A DNA stretch of 64,000 nucleotides from Eledone cirrhosa (lineage: Eukaryota), in NCBI GenBank assembly GCA_964016885.1, contig OZ024746.1, positions 3,534,001 to 3,598,000 on the forward strand, read 5' to 3'. Position numbers and translations under genes: made by a program. The notes beneath the pieces are model-generated. The model made no database searches, was not told where the DNA came from, and worked only from the letters and a program-made list of their open reading frames with translations. Below, piece after piece: positions 13,703 through 27,499 of the stretch (the first letter of the stretch is position 1; each line of letters opens with the position of its first letter).

Positions 13703-14127
13703 CACATTTGTTTTATAAATAAATATTGACATACCCGGAAAAAAGACAACCTTAACGGCTGGAGCTTCCTGGATAGATATTAATATATTGTGTATTTACT
13801 CCACTAATCTGTTGAGGGGCTTTATATCAGTTATAACAAATTTTAAGCTTGTTGAATCCCAACAAATTAAATATAACCTCTGCATATATATATATATATA
13901 TATAATTGAATATAAAAGATAACTATAGACAGTATAGATACTGTCTATAGTTAGTATTCTTTTCACCTTAGCGAATCTGGTCCCTTACGATTTGAACACA
14001 TATATGTATATATCTGCGTTCGTTTATCTTTTATGTTCAGCTATAATATATGGCTCGGAAATATTTCTTTCCTAGAGCTATTTTATTGTAAGAGATTATT
14101 TTGAGTTCCTAACTCAATATATACCTT

Positions 14128-14179
<52 letters not shown>

Positions 14180-14374
14180 ATACAATCAAGGTGTTCGCCC
14201 CAGCATAGTTGTATAAATTGGTCTTCCATAGTATTTTTGGGTAATTGTCATTTAAAAGAAATTTTAATATCTACATGATGTGAAAGGACCGCCATTAGCA
14301 ATATTTCCTGTCCTAAATACTTATAAGGTTAATAACCCAGGTTATATTGGTTTTATATACAGTATAGGATGAGT

Positions 14375-14430
<56 letters not shown>

Positions 14431-14757
14431 CCCGCGAGGTTAACTTTGCCTTTCATCTTTACGGGGTCGATAAAATAAAGTACCAGTAATTGCTGGCCTT
14501 GTGCCAAAAGTAGAAACAATTACATGATACACTCTTTTACGTGTTCCAGCCGACTGGCTGAGACCATGCTGGGGCCCTCGCCTTCCTAACTTTTAATATT
14601 TGATCAGATGAATTAAACCGGTAAAACCGGTAATATTTAATATATTTTATAAAACCACCTTTTAAAAAAAAATGTTTTTCTATTTTTTCAATAATCACTT
14701 TGTCGGATTAAAGAAGAAAAAAGATTCTTTAAATAGACTTCGTGCTGTTTCCATCCT

Positions 14758-14845
<88 letters not shown>

Positions 14846-15481
14846 GGATCATTCCGGATATTCTAAATTATGAAGAAGTAGCTAATTTCCTCCTACGCCG
14901 GAAGTAAGCTTTTAACGTATGACCTTTAACTGACATTCTTAACATGGCACAATCGTCTGCACCAATAAAGATGGTTGAACTCCGTTAATTTATTTAAAAA
15001 CTATTTTGTTTCAATATTTTGATATTTTGTTTTTGTCAATTATTGTAGGACACCGTGGAATTGTGTTGTTAAATAGTTCGATTGGCAACCACATAGTTTC
15101 TTGTTTGATCTCAATGCTCTTTTCAGTGTAGATATGTAGCACATGGGTTAGGTCTCAATGAGGATGATTAGGGTAGTATTTGGTTCCATTTTTGAGAGGT
15201 GAGAATGTGTGGAAAATGGGAGGGTTACACGTTCAACAAGTTTAGAAGTGTAGCGGCTTGGTGTTCATTAGGGCAAATTTCCGGTAAAATGATAACAATG
15301 ACTGGGATATCAAAGTAATAATAATAATTATTATATATATATATGGTGGCTGGTGGAGGGACAGATTTGTATCGGATTCCAGTTGCTAATCACTTTACTG
15401 TGTCGGCCGTCACAAACAGTCATAGCCGGCATGGGATGGGGTTTGGGTTCTGTCGATCGATTGGTTGTTGATTAGGCGATA

Positions 15482-15591
15482 CCCGCTGATGAAGCCACAT
15501 ACCCGATTATGAATTGTTGCATAATATATGCAGACAGAGGGTGCAGTGCACCCCACTGCTGCATTAAGTGTGGCCGAAACTCGAGTCCGGG
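15482..15591 (+). ncRNA. Type I hammerhead ribozyme, family C, with canonical core, GUC site and long stem II insertion
   Basis: CCCG-CTGATGA-[AGCCACAT...GTGTGGCC]-GAAA-CTCGAG-TC/CGGG; palindromic stem III CTCGAG; predicted cut after 15587. Confidence 0.8.
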
Positions 15592-15765
15592 AACTATTAT
15601 AGGCACCCGTCTTACGTGTGTTGTATTGAAGCGAATAACTATGTGTATACTCTGGGAATGTATATTACATTGCCTATTGAGTACTCTGAGATACAACCGG
15701 TCCTGGCATTGATAAATATGCTGGGTTCGTCAACTCCTTATTATATATATATTTAATATAGAAAG

Positions 15766-15814
15766 GCTTCTACAGGACTAGAACTGTTTCATTCGGTAGA
15801 AATCATCAGGAAGC
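15766..15814 (-). ncRNA. Minimal type I hammerhead ribozyme, family B
   Basis: Minus strand: GCTTC-CTGATGA-[TTTC tacc GAAT]-GAAA-CAG ttctagtc CTG-TA/GAAGC; stem I covaries with the 12636 copy (GATTC/GAATC). Confidence 0.75.
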
Positions 15815-15859
15815 AGCTGTTCAAGTAATATGGTGGTGTGTGTATATATATATATATAC

Positions 15860-16200
15860 AAGTGGAAGCTTAGTAAAATCGAAGCTTTAGCTGTGGCCAA
15901 GCAAAGTCGACCTACAATAGGAATGAGTAGCAAAGCACTCAATAGGGGTAGGTCCTTAGAGTAATAACATTACGTTTACATAGCTTGACAAATTGAACAT
16001 TGCGGTAGGCAAAACCCAGCCACACAATACCAAAGTAAGGAAAGAACTAACAGATATATAAGTCACAACAAAAACAATAACGAAGAGTGCAGTGCAAAGT
16101 GTTAGTATTAGGTTCACGCTTGAAAGTGTGTGTGTGGTGGTGGTGGTGGTGGTGGTGGTGGGGGCCTTTCGGGCATAAGCCCTTCATCAGTAGAAAAGAG
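15860..16200 (-). mobile_element. PLE-type terminal sequence with a truncated hammerhead core (16163-16198)
   Basis: Minus strand CTGATGA-AGGGC ttat GCCC-GAAA, with stem III interrupted by (CCA)n; the downstream 16050-15865 is homologous to 12930-13110 (+) and ends in (TA)n. Confidence 0.5.
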
Positions 16201-16325
16201 GGAAGGAAAAGAGTTCCGAGGGTGTGAGGGGGAGTGGTGGAAAGGCATTAAAAGGGGGAGGGGTTAAGGGGAAGGAAACAAAATTAAAAAGAGGGAAAAA
16301 ATATTAAAATGAAACATATATATAC

Positions 16326-16366
<41 letters not shown>

Positions 16367-16370
16367 TCAC

Positions 16371-16511
16371 CTTCTTCTGTACAGTTTCTACCACTATACT
16401 GGGGTTTACAGGTGCAAGTGTAATTATCAGCAGACGTCGGTTTACATATGCTTCTCTCGTTGCAGGGATTCGAGCGTGTACATACACTCTTTCTTTTCTG
16501 GCACAGATTTC
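16371..16511 (-). CDS. Coding exon 5 of the cadherin-FN3-EGF gene: end of EGF13 plus EGF14
   Basis: TTGTAG acceptor, GTGAG donor, 141 nt, phase 1-1; (G)NLCQ supplies the missing sixth Cys of EGF13, then [37 protein letters not shown]. Confidence 0.93.
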
Positions 16512-16603
16512 CTACAATCATAAAGCAACTTTTTAGTATATACGCATATATATATATGTATGTAAGTAAGTATGTACGTCTCTATATAAATATATAGATA
16601 TAA

Positions 16604-16677
<74 letters not shown>

Positions 16678-17329
16678 TATATATATTAATAATAATAAAT
16701 GTGAAGACTAAAATCCAAAGAGGGCTCGATAAGGATAATATATATATAATATATAAGAACCCTAGAGCAAATATTTATTAAATAACAGATTAAAGTTTCG
16801 CTGCTTTCACCCTTAACGGGATCTTCTATGGAGTTTCAGAAGATCCGGTTAAGGGTGAAAGCAGTGAAACTTTGCTTAAACTTTAATCTGTTATTTTAAT
16901 ATATATATATACACACATACATATACGCTCACCCCACATATCTACTTGATCATGGAAGGGGTCATTTCGGGAGAATACTTTTATGACAGTGGGTAATACC
17001 AGGTAATGTCACACAAGGTAGTTATAACTTCATCATACTTCTTATATTAAAATAGTTAACTGAAGATTACAAAATATTGCCATTCCAATATCAATATAGC
17101 ACGTTATCCCTAAGAATAAGGCTGTGGTACTTTGATATTTAAAGGAAAGGGAATTTTAGAAAATGTAAAGAAATTCTGGGATCATTAGATAAGATTAAAT
17201 ATAGTCGTCCGGCACTCCACCGACTCTGCCACTTGATTGCTTGTTCACCAAATAAGGTAATAAACAGCAAAATCAAATTCGATTACAGGCGTCCAGAACT
17301 TTCTATATCAATCAATAACATTCTTTCAG

Positions 17330-17561
17330 AAGACCCTCAAATACTGTGATCTGTCGGCCGGTTACATTTTTCAGTCTGTGGCTTTCGAGACGTTTGGGGG
17401 GAGTCGGGCCGCTGACTGCGAGGTTCCTGTCTTCACTGGCGGCTCGCCTAATAGAGGTAACTGGCAAATCTCGCAAGGGCGCTTGGTTGTTCCAGCGCAT
17501 TAGCCTCGCCATCACCCGAGGAAACGCTGCGAGTGTGCTGGCTTGCCTCAAAAACCATTAG
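17330..17561 (+). mobile_element. 3' fragment of a CRE-like non-LTR retrotransposon
   Basis: GGVGPLTARFLSSLAARLIEVTGKSRKGAWLFQRISLAITRGNAASVL, the same motif series as 4054-4369. Confidence 0.7.
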
Positions 17562-19046
17562 AGAGGTTGCCCGGTACTCAACGCGACGTTGCTGTCTTTT
17601 GCTCTGCTGTTGGCTCGGGTGTTCACCCCTTCCTTTACATTTTCTTTAATATTGCAACATTAAAAGAATATATCCTTCTGAAAGAATCGCGAGCTATTTA
17701 TAATCTTATCTAAGCATTTGTAATGTTATTTATGTATATATTTAAAACATATTTGTTGTTACTCTACTGTAAATTTATCAATAACAAGTCAACAAGAATG
17801 AGTCTCTATGTGACAGCTAAATATGCGAGAAATAGCAACCGAAACCGTTTTAAATCCATCTCATCTTACAAAGAAGAATAACACTTGTTATATCATGAGG
17901 TTCTGGACAATGTCTTAATAAAAGATGGTATGGTTATAGCTGGAACGGCTTTCGTCATAGACTTATTCGATCAAAGCTAACCGGAGCTATCCTTATTTGA
18001 AGCTACATTACATTGGCCATTAACTTTATTCCTATTCCAAAGCAACCAATATATAATCTATAGTGCCTTTCGTTGTTGGTAGTCTTTAACCCAGGTTTTT
18101 CTTGTCTCTGAATATCTTTTGTAAAAGGCAGTTTATAAATTTATTTTCAGAAAAATAAGACAAAAAACGTTAGTGGGCTTTGTGGCAAAAATGATATATT
18201 GATGTGCTTTGAGAGAAATTTGGTTGCTATTTCTAGCAGATCTAGCTATAACACATTTATTTTCATCTTTAGCTTGTCGGGAATCATTTTTGTGATGGGA
18301 GCCATACAGCAAGGAGCAAGCTGCTAAGAATCAGAACTCGTTTTAGTTAACAATGTTTCTGCAAAAGGCAGAAATTCCAGAGCATCACATTTGTATAAAA
18401 ATATAAGACCTTAGTGCATTATCAAAAGAAATTTAGTATATCATTTTTGTTTATATATTTACAAAGGAATCTGAAAAGAAACAGCTTTTTACACACCAGC
18501 GAAATAAACCCTCCTCATGGATTAATAAGCGATAAACTAAACTATTATAACCTTTAATTAGTTGACCATATTTGTTAGTGCCACCAAATAAAAACCAGAA
18601 ATACGTAAGTACCAGTGAGTAATTTTGAAGCATAAAAAGAAATAAAGATTATTTAAACGGAATGTAAAGCAAATTCACAATTATTATTGATTATTTTATC
18701 GACCCCGTAAGGATGAAAGGCAAAGTTAACCTCGACGAGTTCAAATCCCGCCGAGGTTAACTTTGCCTTTCATCCTTACGGGGTCGATAAAATAAAGTAC
18801 CAGTAATGTACTGGGTATTTGCTGGCCTTGTGCCAGAAGTAGAAACAATTATTGATTATTTGAAGATATCAATTATTAATAGAGAAAAAAATGAAAGAAA
18901 ATTTAGTTTGTTTTAGAAAAGGACAGCTGAAATATATAACATGAAGATGACGCCAATATATATATATATATATAGAAAGAGAGAGAGAGAGAGAGAGAGA
19001 TATGAAAACGCTTTACAGGTAACTAAACCTGTAAAATAGCGTTGGT

Positions 19047-19458
19047 ACACACATAGACAACACAGACAGACACACACACACATAGACAGACACACACACA
19101 CATAGACAACACAGACAGACACACACACACATAGACAGACACACACACACATAGACAACACAGACAGACACACACACACATAGACAGACACACACACACA
19201 GACAACACAGACAGACACACACACACATAGACAGACACACACACACATAGACAACACAGACAGACACACACACACATAGACAGACACACACACACATAGA
19301 CAACACAGACAGACACACACACACATAGACAGACACACACACACATAGACAACACAGACAGACACACACACACATAGACAGACACACACACACATAAACA
19401 CAGACAGACACACACACACACATACAGACACACACACACACAGACAGACACACACACA
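19047..19458. repeat. Compound (CA)/(CAGA)-based minisatellite
   Basis: Recurring CATAGACAACACAGACAGACAC... units. Confidence 0.9.
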
Positions 19459-19904
19459 TTCCGTCTCTCGAGTTAAATAAAAGCAGTTAATTTTTTACTT
19501 TTACCGAAATATAGAAAAAAACAACATTGAAGGATATATTACTGTATTACTGTATGACGTGTTCCAGCCGAGAGGTAGAGCCCATGCTGTGGCACCACCA
19601 TTGTGTGAAAGGTTTATGTAGGGTGGGTGGGGTGGAGGGGCGTTGACAGAACCTTGTGGTATTTAGAAACGACATCGTGTTGGTCCTTGGCATCTACCAA
19701 ACTCACAACGACTGGGCTGTTGTTAGTCAGACACACACACACACATACACACACATACAGACACTCATATACACAGACATATACACACAGACACACATAC
19801 ACACACAGACACAGACACACACACAGAAACACACACAGACATACACACACATACAGACACTCATATACACAGACATATACACACACAGACAGAGAGAGAG
19901 AGAG

Positions 19905-19948
<44 letters not shown>

Positions 19949-21557
19949 TACACCTGCAATTGTATGATATTTCCAGTTCCAGTTTTGAAATAATTGTTTC
20001 TAATTTAAACATAAAACCAGAAAATGTTGTGGAAGGGCAAATTTGATTAAATCAACCCCAGTAGTTGACTGGTATTATTTTATCGCTCCCGGAAAAATGA
20101 AAGGCAAAATTGACCTCGACAGGATTTGAACTTAGAATGTAACGTGCCAGAATAAATACCACAGTGGTATTTTATCGGACACTCTACCAATTCTCTCAAC
20201 CAACCATCGGAAAAAACCCCCAAATAAAACAAAGAAACAAAGAAACAAAGAAACAACCCCGCAACAACGAAAGCCAGCAGGTGTATGAGTTGGCACTCTT
20301 TAGAATTAACGAGTGTTTCGTGCAAAAGATTTCGTCTTCTCAATCCTTTCAAGAATGTGTCGTGACTCAAATTTAGTAGCACAGATTGCGAACAAAACAA
20401 AGCCCTTCTAATATATTATAGGACTTGTAACTCCCTTTATGTGAAAACTCATTGTGAATGTTGTTTAGCCCAGAGTTTGAAATAGGGGTTTCATTACTAG
20501 ACAGACACATTTTTTTTATCAGGAAGATCCTAGACCAATAGACAATGCCAGCAAATCTGGGAGATGAGCAAAGTTGATTAAATCAACCCCAGTATTTGAC
20601 TGGTACTTTATTTTATCAATCCCAGAAGAATGAAAGCAAAGTTGATCTGGACAGAATTTGAACCCAGAATGTAAAGAACCAGAACAAATGCTGCAATGAC
20701 ATTTTATCCAATATTCTACCAATTCTACAATTCCACAGCCATTACCAATATGTAATGGACAGCAGTGACAATGTATGAGAGTTATAATAAACAGCTTCAA
20801 AGAGAATTAAACCTCGGACAGTGAAGTGTAATGTTGTTGTTAATATTGATAGAATAACGAGTAAAACTCAACACAGGAATTACTGTCCAAACAGCAAAAT
20901 GCCAACTATGACAGCGTCGGATAAAATTTACCTAAAAGGGCAGAACTTAGCGGCTAGGAGTTTGTTGGCTCGCGGAAGGGATAGGAAGAAAGAAGCAAAG
21001 GAAGAAAATAGTCGAGACAAGATCACACAAACATCTTTTAACCTCTTCAGTTCTCAGACCGGCTGTGGTTTCGCATGATTTAATTTGAAAGATAATGTTG
21101 TTAGTCACCCAAATCCTGATTAAGAACATTTCTGATTAAATAGCCCCAGCTATTGTATAATTAGTATAACATTGTCCATATAATTAGGATAACATTTCTT
21201 CTTATTTACAAGACGGCTGGGTGTGATTTGAAAGACATTTGGCTGTTGTTTCTAGTAGGCTGAACAACGAAGTAGAGGCTCCTTCGTTCACTTGGGTTTC
21301 ACGATGTTAATGACACGACAATGTACTTAAAGCACGCACACAAACACATACATATAAACGTATATACCTATATAGTATAATCTAACGGCTCACTCACACA
21401 TACACAAGTATATGTAATCTAAGCACAAACACACACACACACATGTAATACTAGCACACACACACGAGATATGTATGTGTGTGTATGTTTATATTTACAT
21501 ATATACACACCTACATATACACGCACACTATATATAATATGTGTATGGGTGTATATA

Positions 21558-21590
<33 letters not shown>

Positions 21591-22153
21591 TACACACACA
21601 CACACACACATACATATATATATACATATATGTACACACACAAACGTGTGTGTACATATGTGTGTACATATGCCTGTACATGTATCTGTATATATAATTG
21701 GGGATGATTGGAGGGGACGTATCGTTAAATAGGACAGGATAACACAACATTGATACGAGAAACATATTTGTGTGTCTGTGTGTCTTGCAACAGTCCTGTG
21801 TACTACAACTGGTTTCTTTTCACAAGTTGGCATATTTTCTAAGAGCTGAACTTGTATCTTGTAAAATAGAATTACAATGTTTTTTTTCACTGAAATTCGC
21901 TTGGATGATATATGAAATATAGATGCTAAGACGTGTGTCTGCTTCTTTGCCCAGAGTGTAAAGTATGTGAAATGAAAGGAACGTCAATCGGGAATATATA
22001 TATTTACACACATACACACACAGATACACACACACACACACACATATCAGTTGGAGACGGTTGCTCTTGACAGCACCCACTAGAAGGAGTGTTTCAGGAT
22101 TCTGCCCCCACGGCCCTCTCAGAAATAACTAATTGAATAATAATAATAATAAT

Positions 22154-22206
<53 letters not shown>

Positions 22207-24344
22207 GGGCTTTTAATTTAGATGAGTGGAAATGGGGGTTTATGACAAACCCTTTCCAAGATCATTAGTGTGGTAACTGAAACTGTGCCCTCTCAAACCA
22301 GTTCACCTCATAACTAACGATTGCTCCTTTCTCAACACCAACAAAGGTTTCTTAATTAGGGACATTGATGTAAGTTCATAGGGAAGTATAAATGAGGTTG
22401 TGTGACATACCTTTCGTATGAGGTATTGACAACATTAAAACTGAAGTGGTAATAACTGGAATTACCTGATAGCAGGAAAGCTATCAGGTTGATGTTTATC
22501 TTTAAGCTCATTCTTCTCAAGAGAAATAAGCTAACCATATGGCTCTGCTAGTTCTCTATATATGTTTGGCGTGTCTTATTTAGCGAATAAAATGAAACAT
22601 GTTCACTTATATATCAGTATTTACATTTAGTGTTGGAAGAACCGACAGAGAGTCGGGAAATTGGTTTGTGTTACATAATTACGCCTATGTATCTTGGAAA
22701 TTTTAGTCCAGTCAGCTCAACTTTAACTGTAAACTACTAGGGGGCATATCTCTATTCTGGTGTCGATAACATGAGCACTAGTTATGGACAAGGGAGTTAG
22801 TAATACAAGGGACGAGAAATGGCTTTAATCAGGGATTGCCACCCCGTCGCTCTACGGAGCTAATCATGAGTCAATGATGAATATTTTATGACATAAAAAA
22901 CGCATAAAATTTATGCATTTCTTCAACCTGCTAGACATAGCAGACAAACGTCCCTCAAACTGCACACTACTATCTCAAAAAGAGGATTATTGGTTCTTTT
23001 AAATCATTTAAAAAGAAAAAAAAAGTTTATGAAAATCAATGATAAATAATTTCATAGAAGAAAGAAAAAACAATTAAATAGTGAAAGTAAGTGGATGGGA
23101 GTGGAGGGGACTGTAGACCCCTAGGGGACATATCTCTGTTCTGTGGCAGGTAACGAAAACATTGCAGCAAGACCCGCTACACCAGCCAACTATACTGTTC
23201 ATATTGCCAAGCATTGGGATAAAGGGTGAAGGATATGAACACAATGTTAAAACACGTAAGCAACCGCACCCAGTATTTTGCGTGTCACTCTACCGATTCT
23301 ACCACTCAGCTCTTCTCTCCCCACCCACTATCTCTACCATCAACTGTAGACAGTGATAGTTTCTAACTTTAGAATAAAAACATAACTTTGTTGAGGAAGC
23401 AACAGTGAATGAAATCGATCCCAGTATTTGAATGAATCTTATTTTATCAATCCCGGAAGAATAAAAAAAGAACGAAGTCAATTGAATGAGAAAGTGCTGT
23501 AAATACTGTAAATATATGTTATATGATGTCGCTCTACCGAATCTGCCAATCCACCACCCTCAAGATAATTAAGATAATTATCTTGTTGCTGATAAATTAT
23601 ACCGCATTACATGATATGCAATAGTCATGTTTTGTGCAGTGGCAATTAATAGAACGCTACGTTTTCTACAGTTAAGTTTTCACCCTGGATTCTATCACAA
23701 TTCTTGCCATCTCAAATATCCTTGATTGTTGCTTTTGATGTTTTCTGAACATAAAACAACTACCAGAAGCAAACAACTGTCTCCTTCTGACAACATAATC
23801 TGTAATACCACGATGAGTGCTACTGAAAATATGTCTGTTCTCTAAGCCACAGATGGTTCCATGTACTTGCCTTCCAAGTTCATTCATACCTACTAATTAA
23901 TATGTATTTTACCAACGAGGGAGCCTCTATGTGATCACCAGATCTACTAAAAATAGTAGCTTAATTTCCTCAAATAACACCCTATCATCTCAAAAAAGGC
24001 AAGACAGATTGGATAATGTCCTGTTATATATATAGAAAAAGATGGGATAGGCCTAACGACAGCAACAAATACTATCATGTTTCTTTTAACCGTTGTTAGA
24101 ATTGAGTAACTCGTGTCTGTGATTTAACCCCTTCAGATGTTGTGAGTAGGTTATCACTAGTTGTAGTTATGTTCATAGCTACATTGCAGTCATTGATAAG
24201 AAGCAACCGTTCTGATAAATTTTTTATTCAGCAGTCAAGTTATAACTGGGAAGAGTATATCTAGCAGGAAGAAAGAACTCCATAATGGGAAGTGGTGCAG
24301 TGTGTCACCGATTGTTCTCCACGGTAATACTTTCACCATCTTGT

Positions 24345-24467
24345 CTGCGGGGCTACAGCTGTGTTATATCACCATCTGCGGGGCTACTGCTGTGTTATAT
24401 CACCACCTGCGGGGCTACAGCTGTGTTATATCACCATCTGCGGGGCTACTGCAGTGTCATATCACCT
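24345..24467. repeat. 31-bp tandem repeat, ~4 copies
   Basis: CTGCGGGGCTAC(A/T)GCTGTGTTATATCACCA units. Confidence 0.85.
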
Positions 24468-24884
24468 AGACTGGGGTGAACAGCCCGCCACATCCCCCTT
24501 CCCCTTCCATTATTTAATCTCTTCTTTATTTTATTCCAAATATGTAATTTAATTAAAAACTTTGTTGAATATAATCTACTTTATCGCTATTTCTAAATCT
24601 GTCTACTGCGTCGCCGCCATATGAACACTTCTCATCTCCTCAATGCATCTCATCAAGTGAGGATATTCAAGTGATCACCTGGATCCGACCTTTTATTACC
24701 TAAAGTATTTGTGATACACTTATATAGATTATGTTCTAATATACATTCCATTGTATATAATAATTATAATAATTAAGATTATCATCGATTAACACAGGTT
24801 CCTCCGAAGGGTCGTGGGAGTAACGTCACTCGATAGAGATCAGCGAGTCACTCCAGGTAGAGCCGCTACTTCTTCGAATTGAGA

Positions 24885-25168
24885 GATCACAGCTCCAATA
24901 CTACAGGCATGGGGTTAGAAAGTCTCTGGAAAGAATCGTTGGACAGATTTTCGAGCAAAACCAACAAGGAGACACGAGGGTAGATTCTGAACAAGATGGT
25001 TGGATAACATCCATGAGCTTGGCTGGTCTCACTTAGAGATCCAGCTGGATCAGTTGGAGACGGTTGCTTCTGACAGGACCCGCTGGAAGGAGTGTTTAAG
25101 GACTCTGCCCCCCCCCCCCCCATGACTCCCTCAAAAATAAGTGGGAGAAGAAGAAGAAGAAGAAGAAC
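24885..25168 (+). mobile_element. RTE-clade LINE 3' end with (GAA)n tail
   Basis: Colinear with 5820-6105. Confidence 0.8.
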
Positions 25169-26012
25169 CATTAACACAACGAATGAAGTTACAAAAATAC
25201 ATGGTAGGGAACGAGTTTTAGGGACGTTAATTCCTTTCTCAAAGCTATTACTATCGTAACGTAATTGAAATAGCAACAACTAGAAACCGAAACAGCATCG
25301 CAGACTTTGTTGTTTACCACAACATTATTGATGAGAATATCTGGAAGTTTCTCCAGCTTCTAATTGTCCTCCATAAAACTAGCCAACAAAAAATTCCCCA
25401 TTAAGGCTGTCATATTTGATTCTTTCTCAATTTTATATTACTTTGATTCACATATTTATGGTTGACCTTTCTCAGTTTAAGGTACCCTACACACTATAAC
25501 TTGAACATTTATTAATATTTAAAAACGGAAAAGGAAGGGAAAAGTAAGGGCTGAAGGGTGACAGAAGAGGAGGGAGAGTGATGGGCTCTGGGTGTAGGGC
25601 GTGGCGGTATTAAGGCTTCAACGCCGACTATCTTCCTCCTCATGATATTGAAACACAAATCTTAAAACAGACCTGAAATAGGAAATATTCCCCTAAACCT
25701 GAACAACTGACTCAGCCGCCTACATAGACACTCGTTATCTTCATTCTCCTCCGCACCTCCTTCTCTTTATGATTATTCTTGGTGTCCTTATACAGCTCTG
25801 GCGGAAACTGGAATAAGAAGAACCTCCTCGGATATTACTTATATCTACATCCTGTCCTGTAACAGTTCTAATACCAAATACAACAATGTAGGATAGTAGC
25901 AAGAGAAGATATCAATATCCCAAGTAAGGAAGAAAAACATTGACTACTATTAATAGTTGTTCAACTGCCCTGATCCACAATAGCTGGAGATATTTATAAC
26001 AATCTCATAATA

Positions 26013-26190
26013 ATAATTGCTTCTACTTTTGGCACAAGGCCAGCAATTACCCAGTACATTACTGGTACTTTATTTTATCGACCCCGTAAGGCTGAAAGGC
26101 AAAGTTAACCTCGGCGGGATTTGAACTCGGATCGCAAAGGGACGTAACTATGCTGGAAAGCATGGCATCCGACCCTTTACCGATACTGTC
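26013..26190 (-). mobile_element. SINE family 1, minus-strand copy (others at ~20030-20200, 20540-20740, 23370-23560, 26790-26915, 29660-29822, 32340-32540, 37305-37500, 46810-47005, 47330-47690, 51335-51530, 51980-52170, 53805-53985, 55280-55420, 59315-59810)
   Basis: Reverse complement of the family 1 consensus. Confidence 0.85.
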
Positions 26191-27367
26191 ATTGACAATA
26201 AAGAACTATTTGAATAGAGACAGTAAAAATTATAGAATTTTTAAATAATTTTGAAAATAATGCAGAATTTGGAGGGATTTAATAATATGAATAACTTCTT
26301 CGTTATTAAGCCAGAGTTTCGAACTAACTGAGTGATAGAAATCTGCTGGGACAGAATTACAGAATATTAACTATCTGTTGGACAACAGAATATTAACTGG
26401 GACAGAATAATAGAATATTAACTGGGAGAGAATTACAGAATAACAGAATATCTGTTGGGACAGAATTACAGAATATTAACTGGGACAGAATTACAAAATA
26501 CTAACTGGATTCCATTCTTTACTATTTATTTAACGCTCTCTGAGCTGTTTTACTCGACCTATTATTTAATACTGCTAATCCACCACCAATAAGGGCGGTG
26601 GATTAGCAGAAATCGGTAGAGCGTCGGACATGCTTTGTGGCATATAGTTACGGCCCTTTACATACTGATTCCAAATCTCGTCAAAGTTATCTTTGCATTT
26701 CATCCTTACAGGGTCGATAAAATAAAGTACCAGTAACACACTGGGATCGATTTAATCGACTTTCCCCTCCCTAAAACAGAGACCATTTATTAGCTCCATA
26801 AGGATGAAATGCACAGTTGATCTAGGTGAAATTTGAACCAGGAGCGTAGAAAGCCGGATTAAATACTACGAAACATTCTATATGACGTTCTAACGACTCT
26901 GCCAGTCCGCTGCCTTTAATGCAAGCTTTAATGTAAACTCAATTTCAAAAGGTTTTGAGATCAGAACTATAAACTCAGTTTTCTATATCTCACTACAATG
27001 CTTTTGTCCATCTTCCTCCATCTTCCAATCATGACAGTGGGACAGATGGTCAATGTCTAACTTATAAACTGTTCAGTGACAGTATACAAACTCGAATGAT
27101 TACTTCAAATGATATCATATAAACCTAGCTGTCGCATCTACTGAAAGCTGACTACAAATTTCTATCCTGATTGCTTGGTATAGAGGATCGTGACTTCATA
27201 TCTGCTACAGTTTTTGCCGTAATGTATTTTTGTGCAAGACAACGACTAGATTACTTACAGATTTACCTTCTATAACATACAGTATAAGTATTCTTATCTT
27301 AAGTCGAGTGACTCCCGAGAGGCTGCAGTGTTCAAATGTTTTCAAGTTTGATACACAAGAAAGGAAT

Positions 27368-27428
<61 letters not shown>

Positions 27429-27499
27429 AACGAAGCCTGCATGCTCCGATGGATGTGTAATAGTAATATACGCGAACGACAAAGCATAAATGAATTGAG

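Noticed and set aside
23672-23890. Possible extra minus-strand exon in intron 4
   Set aside because: Weak splice sites, no recognisable domain, and insertion would split EGF13.
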